Shown: piece by piece, positions 16,561-22,219 of the stretch | Layout: each line of letters begins with the position of its first letter | Numbering within the stretch: position 1 is the first letter of the stretch | From: an uncultured virus (IMG/VR IMGVR_UViG_2671181139_000006) | Lineage: Duplodnaviria; Heunggongvirae; Uroviricota; Caudoviricetes | DNA: 22,219 nucleotides | Virus record (IMG/VR): IMGVR_UViG_2671181139_000006 | Strand: one strand, 5' to 3' | The notes under the pieces: generated by a model | What the model was told of the DNA's origin: nothing | What the model saw: only the letters and a program-made list of their open reading frames with translations | Databases searched by the model: none | Position numbers and translations under genes: made by a program

Positions 16561-16908
16561 ATGTTTGGAGAATTAATAAAAAAGATTAAGGCTTGGTACA
16601 AAGGAGATCCAGGACTAATTGATAGCAACCCTGCAACTGGTATTGATACAGTTATAAGAGAGCCTTATAGAAGTCCCCTTGCTAAATTGGTAAGCTATTT
16701 TATTAGGCCCATAGGGTGGGCTTACAATTTTTTTATTCAAGAGTGGAAGTTCATTATTACTACGTTTTTAGTCATCCTTAATTTTGTCTACACTCACTCG
16801 ATTAATAAGACCTTTAAGCAAAATAACCAAGAATATTCCAGATGCGAGGTACAGAAAGAAAGGGGAAATGAAATTACTTTTCATTGTTTGAAGAGAGAAA
16901 GCCATTGA
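16561..16908 (+). CDS. Hypothetical 115-aa membrane protein
   Basis: Hydrophobic WKFIITTFLVILNFVY segment; AT-rich; weak SD. Confidence 0.65.
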   Translation: MFGELIKKIKAWYKGDPGLIDSNPATGIDTVIREPYRSPLAKLVSYFIRPIGWAYNFFIQEWKFIITTFLVILNFVYTHSINKTFKQNNQEYSRCEVQKERGNEITFHCLKRESH

Positions 16909-16959
16909 GAAGCTAAACATCGACATCGACAAACAAAAGGTTAAATTGTTTTTACTCAT
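16768..16959 (-). CDS. Possible 63-aa hydrophobic antisense protein
   Basis: MSKNNLTFCLSMSMFSF...FFLYLASGIFLVILLKGLI; start context resembles that of 17455; overlaps the + gene by 141 nt, so may be spurious. Confidence 0.3.
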   Translation of the reverse strand: MSKNNLTFCLSMSMFSFSMAFSLQTMKSNFISPFFLYLASGIFLVILLKGLINRVSVDKIKDD

Positions 16960-16972
16960 ATCTATAAACTCA

Positions 16973-17006
16973 CTGTGAACCCGACACAGCATTAGATCGG
17001 GTGGAG
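16973..17006 (+). promoter_or_regulatory. Predicted H-type RNA pseudoknot adjoining an SD
   Basis: S1 CTGTG/CACAG, 1-nt L1, S2 ACCCGA/TCGGGT, 7-nt L3, then GGAG. Confidence 0.55.
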
Positions 17007-17013
17007 AAGTAAA

Positions 17014-17283
17014 ATGGCTGTATATTCTGTAACTTATGATCTTATTAAATCAAAAGATTACTCCAGAATTATTGAGGGAATAAAAAAAGTTTCTGGTGAT
17101 AATTGGGCGAAACCAACTCGATCACAATGGATCATCACATCAACCAAAACATCTGAACAAGTTAGGGATTTTCTTAAAAACTATATTGATTCTGATGATG
17201 TTTTATTTGTGATCGAGGTTAAGCCAGAAAATTGGGCTTCATGGAATATTCCTAGAGAAACCCTTAATTGGTTGCATTCTTGA
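17014..17283 (+). CDS. Stand-alone Cas2/VapD-like ferredoxin-fold protein
   Basis: 89 aa; VYSVTYDL (Cas2-type YD), DYSRI helix, RSQW (cf. Cas2 QxSVF), DSDDVLFVIEV; SD GGAG. Confidence 0.65.
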   Translation: MAVYSVTYDLIKSKDYSRIIEGIKKVSGDNWAKPTRSQWIITSTKTSEQVRDFLKNYIDSDDVLFVIEVKPENWASWNIPRETLNWLHS

Positions 17284-17455
17284 GTCCATGCCCGCCTACT
17301 ACACCAACACCATTATCGAAGTTTTCTTGCGCTTTGAGGGTGGCTTCAAGAATAGCCTGATCTCCATCAACAAGAGCATCTTCTTGTAAGATGTACGAAC
17401 AACCCATAATTTGAATTTTAGTACCTTTTGGTATAACAGCAATGTTCTTGCTCAT
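17264..17455 (-). CDS. Hypothetical 63-aa protein convergent on the Cas2-like gene
   Basis: MSKNIAVIPKGTKIQIMG...; SD GGAG 6 nt upstream; 20-nt 3' overlap. Confidence 0.7.
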   Translation of the reverse strand: MSKNIAVIPKGTKIQIMGCSYILQEDALVDGDQAILEATLKAQENFDNGVGVVGGHGLKNATN

Positions 17456-17469
17456 AATAAACTCCATAC

Positions 17470-17495
17470 AACCCACCCAGCGTGGGTTTTCTTTT
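17470..17495 (+). terminator. Immunity-region terminator (timm-like)
   Basis: AACCCAC-CCAGC-GTGGGTT followed by TTCTTTT. Confidence 0.78.
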
Positions 17496-17513
17496 GTCTA
17501 TTAAAGCATAAAA

Positions 17514-17576
17514 AATCGGATTTTCTATAAAAATATCGGATTCCCTATTGACTAATAATATCGGAAATGCGATATT
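17514..17576 (+). promoter_or_regulatory. pL with three oL operators
   Basis: TTGACT-17-GATATT (17548-17576); operators at 17514-17529, 17534-17549 and 17559-17574. Confidence 0.85.
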
Positions 17577-17589
17577 TATCTCACCAGAT

Positions 17590-17638
17590 AACAAAAAAGT
17601 CCCAGACATCTGACCGACGGGACTTTTACTCAATGAGT
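17590..17638 (-). ncRNA. Candidate short RNA antisense to the pL leader
   Basis: Minus promoter TTGACT-17-CATACT (17673-17645) and hairpin AAAAGTCCC...GGGACTTTT with a T-run. Confidence 0.5.
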
Positions 17639-17647
17639 GAGATAAGT

Positions 17648-18025
17648 ATGAATATAAAAGCCAACATAGTCAAATCCATGGGATTCGTAGGAGTAGTTAG
17701 TGCTCTAACTGCTGCTTATGCTTTCACCCCTGCTAACAACGAACCTGTAACGGTTGTAGCTCCTTTCAAAGTTGAATCAATCGACCCTGAGAATGAACAA
17801 GCAGTACTTCAAACTGAGAATGAGAAGTTCACCTTAGAAGTTGATTTCGATGCTCAGTATTCAATTGATGGCAACGGCTATCAATCTTGGCGTGATGTTG
17901 AGATTAACGAGATTAAAGACATTCGCGTTTATGACGAAGATGGCGAGATCTTGGCTTACGTTGACCGTTTAGACGTAGTAGAGATTAAAGATCTTATCGA
18001 ATCAGGGATTAGAGAGCGCATTTAA
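17648..18025 (+). CDS. First pL gene; N-terminal signal/TM segment plus acidic domain
   Basis: Start revised to MNIKANIVKSMGFVGVVSALTAAYAF, since the track start lies inside pL. Confidence 0.75.
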   Translation: MNIKANIVKSMGFVGVVSALTAAYAFTPANNEPVTVVAPFKVESIDPENEQAVLQTENEKFTLEVDFDAQYSIDGNGYQSWRDVEINEIKDIRVYDEDGEILAYVDRLDVVEIKDLIESGIRERI

Positions 18026-18044
18026 GCGCTCCATGGTGAATGTT

Positions 18045-18311
18045 ATGAATGCACATCCTGAAATTATCGAAGTATCAAGACTTCAGAGACTTATTAAGGA
18101 CTCAGTCAAAGCGTTGCTTCCCCTCTCTAACGAACAAGACACAGTTGTTACTGATGGCGGCAATTGGATTCACTTGCGCTATGTGGGCCGTGGAACTGAG
18201 CAAATCCAATTAGAGCTAGGTGATCAGTTTTCTGTTAAGACAAAAATCGCCTATTTAAGTGAAACGTTAAAAAGATTGGCAGAAATTAGGAATGAGTTGA
18301 GAGGTGGGTGA
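18045..18311 (+). CDS. Hypothetical protein
   Basis: ORF in the pL operon; start 18045 (GGTG SD) or 18033. Confidence 0.75.
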   Translation: MNAHPEIIEVSRLQRLIKDSVKALLPLSNEQDTVVTDGGNWIHLRYVGRGTEQIQLELGDQFSVKTKIAYLSETLKRLAEIRNELRGG

Positions 18312-18511
18312 TGGAGTGGATTAGTGTTGAAAATTGTCTTCCACCTGTAGGGATTCCTCTTTTGTTATACGGTCAGCTTGGCTTTGATCATGGACCAACT
18401 CAATTTGAAGGTCAATATTCAGAAAACAGAGGTTTTGAAGGAATGTGGGCCAGTGCTTCACAAGTTACCCACTGGATGATTAGACCAGAAAACCCAGTAG
18501 AAAAGAATTAG
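18311..18511 (+). CDS. DUF551-like protein
   Basis: MEWISVENCLPP...VTHWM; TGATG coupling. Confidence 0.8.
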   Translation: MEWISVENCLPPVGIPLLLYGQLGFDHGPTQFEGQYSENRGFEGMWASASQVTHWMIRPENPVEKN

Positions 18512-18520
18512 GAGAAGATT

Positions 18521-19459
18521 ATGAATGCGCCAGTACAACACTCAGGACAGAACCCTTTTGCAGTAGCTACTCCTACTACTCAAGCAATGTCTACAGTTCA
18601 ATCTGATAGTCAACGTGCAATTGCAGAGGTTCAAGCTGCTTTAGTTATTGCTAAACAGTTCCCACGTAACCCAATTGAAGCTTATGACCGGATTATGAAC
18701 GCCTGCCAGCGTCCCGGTTTAGCTCAATCGGCTGTTTATTCTTATGCTCGTGGTGGTACTTCAGTTACTGGTCCATCAATTCGACTTGCGGAAATGCTTG
18801 CTCAGAATTGGGGAAATATTCAGTACGGTATACGAGAATTATCTTCTGAGAATGGCGAATCTACGGTTGAAGCATTTGCTTGGGATGTTGAAACAAATAC
18901 CCGTCAAACAAAGGTTTTTCAGGTTCCACATATACGCTATACCCGTAATGGATCTAAAAAATTAACAGATCCACGCGATATTTATGAATTGGTTGCAAAC
19001 AATGGTGCTCGTCGTCTACGTGCATGCATCTTAGGTGTAATACCAGGTGATGTAATTGATGATGCAGTTAATCAGTGTGAAAAGACAATCCATGCAAGTG
19101 CTGACACTTCACCGGAAGCTGTACAAAAACTTGTGGTTGCCTTTGAGCAATTTAATGTCACCAAGAAAGACATTGAAGATTACATTCAGCGTCGTCTTGA
19201 TGCTATTACAGCAGCCAATATCGTTGCGCTTCGCAAGATTTTCACTAGCTTACGTGATGGAATGAGCTCACCTAAAGACTGGTTTAAAAATGTCACCGTG
19301 AAGGAAGTTGGAGAAGTTCAGGAAGTTAAACCAACTGTACCAGACAACGAGTTCCCGGTTCTCTTAGAGCAGATCAAAGCTGATGCAGTTACTAAAGAGT
19401 ATGTATTAGAAGGCTATGCACTTACTAATGCACAAATAGCTGAGGTAAATGCACTATGA
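18521..19459 (+). CDS. Putative single-strand annealing protein/recombinase
   Basis: 312 aa; SD AGGAG; coupled to the exonuclease; GPSIRLAE and ANNGARRLRACI motifs. Function inferred from synteny. Confidence 0.6.
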   Translation: MNAPVQHSGQNPFAVATPTTQAMSTVQSDSQRAIAEVQAALVIAKQFPRNPIEAYDRIMNACQRPGLAQSAVYSYARGGTSVTGPSIRLAEMLAQNWGNIQYGIRELSSENGESTVEAFAWDVETNTRQTKVFQVPHIRYTRNGSKKLTDPRDIYELVANNGARRLRACILGVIPGDVIDDAVNQCEKTIHASADTSPEAVQKLVVAFEQFNVTKKDIEDYIQRRLDAITAANIVALRKIFTSLRDGMSSPKDWFKNVTVKEVGEVQEVKPTVPDNEFPVLLEQIKADAVTKEYVLEGYALTNAQIAEVNAL

Positions 19460-20115
19460 AGCTATTCCGATGCTCAAGCCTACATAAGCTTGTAGGCGAC
19501 TCTAAAACTAAAGGCTTAGTTCTTGGCGATACAGCTAAGACTGAGATCAGAACAATCGTTAAGGAGGACTTGACCACGTTCAAGTCTTTCAAAGGCAACC
19601 AGTACACAGCTAAGGGCAATGCTCTTGAAGAAATCGCAATTAGCCTGTCTGGTAAGGTTCGTTTTCGTCAGTACTTGAAGCATGAAGGCCGTTTGGAAAA
19701 TGAATTAATTACTGGTGAGTGTGATGTTCTCGATTTAAACAATAAATTGATCCTCGACACTAAATGTACTTGGGATATTGGCACTCACCCATTCTTTCAA
19801 GATGAAGCAGAAGAAAAGGCAAAGAAAGCTGGCTATGACTGGCAGATGCAGGGCTACATGTGGCTTTACGACTGTGAACAAGCAATGGTTGATTTCTGGC
19901 TACTCCCTTGCCCTATCGAGCTCACCAATGATTGGGATGACAGAGAACAGTTAATTGATTTAGTTGAGCGTATCGACCTTAGAGAACGTTTAACAACTGT
20001 CACCTACAAACGAGATGAAGCAATGATTCAAAAGATCAAAGACAAAATTCCACATGCTCAAGAGTACTACGCAAAGTTATATCAAGAGCGCATTAAGGCG
20101 AAGGTGGCAGCATGA
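19456..20115 (+). CDS. YqaJ/lambda-exonuclease-like PD-(D/E)XK nuclease
   Basis: KGNALEE, TGECD, DTKC and YDWQMQGYMWL motifs. Confidence 0.85.
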   Translation: MKLFRCSSLHKLVGDSKTKGLVLGDTAKTEIRTIVKEDLTTFKSFKGNQYTAKGNALEEIAISLSGKVRFRQYLKHEGRLENELITGECDVLDLNNKLILDTKCTWDIGTHPFFQDEAEEKAKKAGYDWQMQGYMWLYDCEQAMVDFWLLPCPIELTNDWDDREQLIDLVERIDLRERLTTVTYKRDEAMIQKIKDKIPHAQEYYAKLYQERIKAKVAA

Positions 20116-20633
20116 CAGATTTGAATAAGAAACAAGCTTTTTGGGCAGAGCAACTACCATTATTTAAAGAAAAATATTGGCTTCCAGAGCACTTAGATGT
20201 TCTTGAATTTAATATGGATGGCGGCTGTTTTGAAATACCTGTAGATGTAAAAACTGATCTTAGTGAAGACGATCTTTTTGAAATTTACCATCGGGTAAAT
20301 AGTGGTTGGGCAATGTGGAAGAAAGCCGTAACCTTCATGAAAGAAAAAGCCAAAGCTCAGGCGGTGCCAGTTTGGATCAGTGCAGAAGTTGGGAGCCCTA
20401 TTAAGTTCGGAACACGAGTAAAGATAAAACGTAAATCGTGGGATGAGGAAGACAATCTTATTTACGTTGAGTCAGAAGCGACCTATGACAAAGACTCAGA
20501 TTTTTGCGAACTATCTAACCGTACTCATGAATATGAAACATGGTTCGATCATGAGTTAAATAGATATCTTGATGAAGATGAATTAACCCATTGGGCGCCA
20601 ATGGATAAAAGCGAATCGGGGGCTGAGGGATGA
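20112..20633 (+). CDS. Hypothetical two-part protein with DUF551-like C-terminus
   Basis: ATGA overlaps; ...AQAVPVWISAE...LTHWAPM. Confidence 0.72.
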   Translation: MTDLNKKQAFWAEQLPLFKEKYWLPEHLDVLEFNMDGGCFEIPVDVKTDLSEDDLFEIYHRVNSGWAMWKKAVTFMKEKAKAQAVPVWISAEVGSPIKFGTRVKIKRKSWDEEDNLIYVESEATYDKDSDFCELSNRTHEYETWFDHELNRYLDEDELTHWAPMDKSESGAEG

Positions 20634-20965
20634 AATATCAAATACAACCAACACAAGTACCAGATGATTTAAATAGCTGCTGGTTCCACCCTGATATAGA
20701 GAAGCACGACACTATTGGAGAGCATGCTGAGTTTTATACAAAAGAACAATGGGCTCAGCTACAAATTAATCTTGGTGTAGAAATTCTTGTTGAGCGTTTG
20801 GAATATTGGGATATTCCAGAAATTCCTGAAGACGACTGTGCAGATTGGTCAAACTGGAAACCACAAACACCTATAAAAGATGCCTTTCTTATTGCCGGTT
20901 TTGATACAGAAGATGGGCCTTGTTTGTGGTGGGCAAAGCCTAAAGCGGAAAGTAAGGAGGGGTGA
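20630..20965 (+). CDS. Hypothetical Trp/Asp-rich phage protein
   Basis: WFHPD...WSNWKP...DTEDGPCLWW; ATGA overlap. Confidence 0.78.
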   Translation: MKYQIQPTQVPDDLNSCWFHPDIEKHDTIGEHAEFYTKEQWAQLQINLGVEILVERLEYWDIPEIPEDDCADWSNWKPQTPIKDAFLIAGFDTEDGPCLWWAKPKAESKEG

Positions 20966-20966
20966 A

Positions 20967-21236
20967 ATGACAGCAATTGCAAATATTGGTAGTAACTTTA
21001 TTGTAGCGTTACCACCTTCAGATATTTGGCTTAATGACTCTCAAGCTGCTGAGTTTTTAGGTTACAAAGATGTACACTTCAAGGCGGCAGTTTGCTGCCT
21101 GCCCACCTTCCCCAAACCGCGCTATGTAATTAAGTGCGGCCAAGGAAGACGTTGGAACTTGGCTGAAATATCAAACTGGTTGAAAGACCAGTCTGATGAT
21201 GAGCCCAAAAGAGGGCGACCACGCAACCGGGGCTAA
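20967..21236 (+). CDS. xis: Excisionase / AlpA-like recombination directionality factor
   Basis: Start revised to MTAIANIG (SD AAGGAGG); WLNDSQAAEFLG...FPKP...RRWNLAEISNWL; adjacent to the integrase. Confidence 0.8.
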   Translation: MTAIANIGSNFIVALPPSDIWLNDSQAAEFLGYKDVHFKAAVCCLPTFPKPRYVIKCGQGRRWNLAEISNWLKDQSDDEPKRGRPRNRG

Positions 21237-22219
21237 TCTAGCCTCGTTGCAATTTCGCTTGCAGTAGCATTGTAGTAAATCATCAAGCTTCTTAAATCTT
21301 TATGCCCAATCATCCGGGCTAAGTCTAAAACTTCTAATTTTCTTGCAAGTCGTGTACACGCCTCATGTCGAGTGTCATGAAAGTGCAAATCAGTAATTTG
21401 GCACCTATCCCTTAATTTACGCCACAACGTATCAAAGCTTTGAGAGTTACAAGTAAATACCTGCTTTCTATCTAAGCCTTTTAATAAAGTTAGCAATTCA
21501 ACTGCGCGCTTAGATAAAGGTACATTTCTTTTTGTACCGTTCTTTGTTTCAGTCAAAACAAGATATCTATCTTTTAAATAGACACGATCCCAAGTTAAGC
21601 AAACAATCTCACCAGCACGCATTGCAGTTTCAATTGCAAAAAGAAAAGCAATAATAATTTGCTGAGTTGAGTTTACTGGGACATTGTTATCCCAGTTTGC
21701 TGCAAGACATAATCTATCAATTTCATCCTGAGCTATTCGTCTATCCCGGTGCTTTGATGGTGGCGGCAAAGTTAAGTCAGCCATTGGGGATTCTTTAATC
21801 CACTTCCATTCTTTCCGGGCTACAGTAAATAAAGAAGCTAAAATATTTGCTTCACGCCTAACTGTAGCGCCCTGCACTTCTTTTAAACGGGAGTCACGCC
21901 ATTGGACTAAATCATCAGTGGTAACCTTGGCCAATTGTTTTTGGCATAGCTTTTTATACTCACGTTTAAAGAAGGCCATTCGCTTGACTTCATTCTCATG
22001 AGTTTTCTTCTTTATACTTACTTCATTTAAGTAGCGTTCAATTGCTTCTAAAAATGAGTGGTCAGGAAGCTTACCATGTGACTGTTCGCGTAATTGAGTC
22101 TCACGTTTTGACGCCCAAGCCCTAGCCTGTGCTTTTGTATCAAAGGTTGCACTTTCGCGAATTCCGTTTACACTTATCTCGGCTCGCCATGTATCGTTGC
22201 GTTGTCTAAATGAAGCCAT
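21233..22219 (-). CDS. int: Tyrosine recombinase/integrase (Rci/HP1-like)
   Basis: AMRAGE (R), TKNG (K), HDTRH (HxxR), IGHKD (H), IYYN (Y). Confidence 0.96.
   Translation of the reverse strand: MASFRQRNDTWRAEISVNGIRESATFDTKAQARAWASKRETQLREQSHGKLPDHSFLEAIERYLNEVSIKKKTHENEVKRMAFFKREYKKLCQKQLAKVTTDDLVQWRDSRLKEVQGATVRREANILASLFTVARKEWKWIKESPMADLTLPPPSKHRDRRIAQDEIDRLCLAANWDNNVPVNSTQQIIIAFLFAIETAMRAGEIVCLTWDRVYLKDRYLVLTETKNGTKRNVPLSKRAVELLTLLKGLDRKQVFTCNSQSFDTLWRKLRDRCQITDLHFHDTRHEACTRLARKLEVLDLARMIGHKDLRSLMIYYNATASEIATRLD

Larger units (their letters stand above)
1..22219. mobile_element. Lambdoid-type temperate prophage (integrase to head genes), probably from Acinetobacter; partial
   Basis: Continuous phage gene order int/xis - recombination - cI/cro/cII - replication - nin - Q - terminase - portal - head, with no host genes. 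The att site and tail/lysis genes lie outside the window. Confidence 0.97.

Noticed and set aside
16392..16628. 78-aa minus-strand ORF
   Set aside because: No SD, overlaps two + genes and runs through hairpins and a terminator; better explained as RNA.
16768..17455. The two 63-aa MSKN-starting ORFs as paralogues
   Set aside because: No similarity past residue 4, and an unrelated gene (10858) also starts MSKN; only the nucleotide junction similarity is retained.
16900..17600. CRISPR array or mini-array next to the Cas2-like gene
   Set aside because: No regularly spaced identical repeats; the nearby repeats are operators and one degenerate junction pair.
730..20982. Remaining short alternate-frame or antisense track ORFs nested in long genes or regulatory DNA (e.g. 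730-951, 2319-2597, 4641-4826, 9652-9924, 13615-13815, 17418-17633, 18744-18965, 20755-20982)
   Set aside because: They overlap better-supported features and have no SD or motif support.
21233..22219. Shufflon, suggested by the Rci-like recombinase
   Set aside because: No inverted sfx-like sites were seen, and the adjacent Xis-like gene indicates a prophage integrase. No att site is identifiable within the window.

Overview
The window holds roughly half of a lambdoid-type temperate phage, probably an Acinetobacter prophage (host inferred from gene families, not proven). From right to left it contains: a tyrosine integrase convergent on an AlpA/Xis-like gene; a pL operon with a putative single-strand annealing protein plus YqaJ-like exonuclease; an AT-rich accessory immunity region; a CI/Cro/CII switch with six 16-bp operators; an O-like initiator with internal iterons and a DnaB helicase; a nin-like region (VRR-NUC nuclease, NinI phosphatase); a Q-like gene with a pR'-type promoter; and the start of the head operon (P22 gp3-like TerS, TerL, portal, MuF/gp7, scaffold running off the left edge). 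The most unusual part is 16231-17495, between cI and pL, at the position of lambda rexAB. It looks like stacked sense/antisense modules bounded by a degenerate repeat. It includes a stand-alone Cas2/VapD-like gene with a predicted H-type pseudoknot against its ribosome-binding site, and a three-hairpin antisense sRNA candidate. I also found two more promoter-plus-terminator antisense RNA units, a homopolymer-dependent gene fusion, and four genes missing from the ORF track. All family assignments come from motif recognition and synteny; no database search was run.
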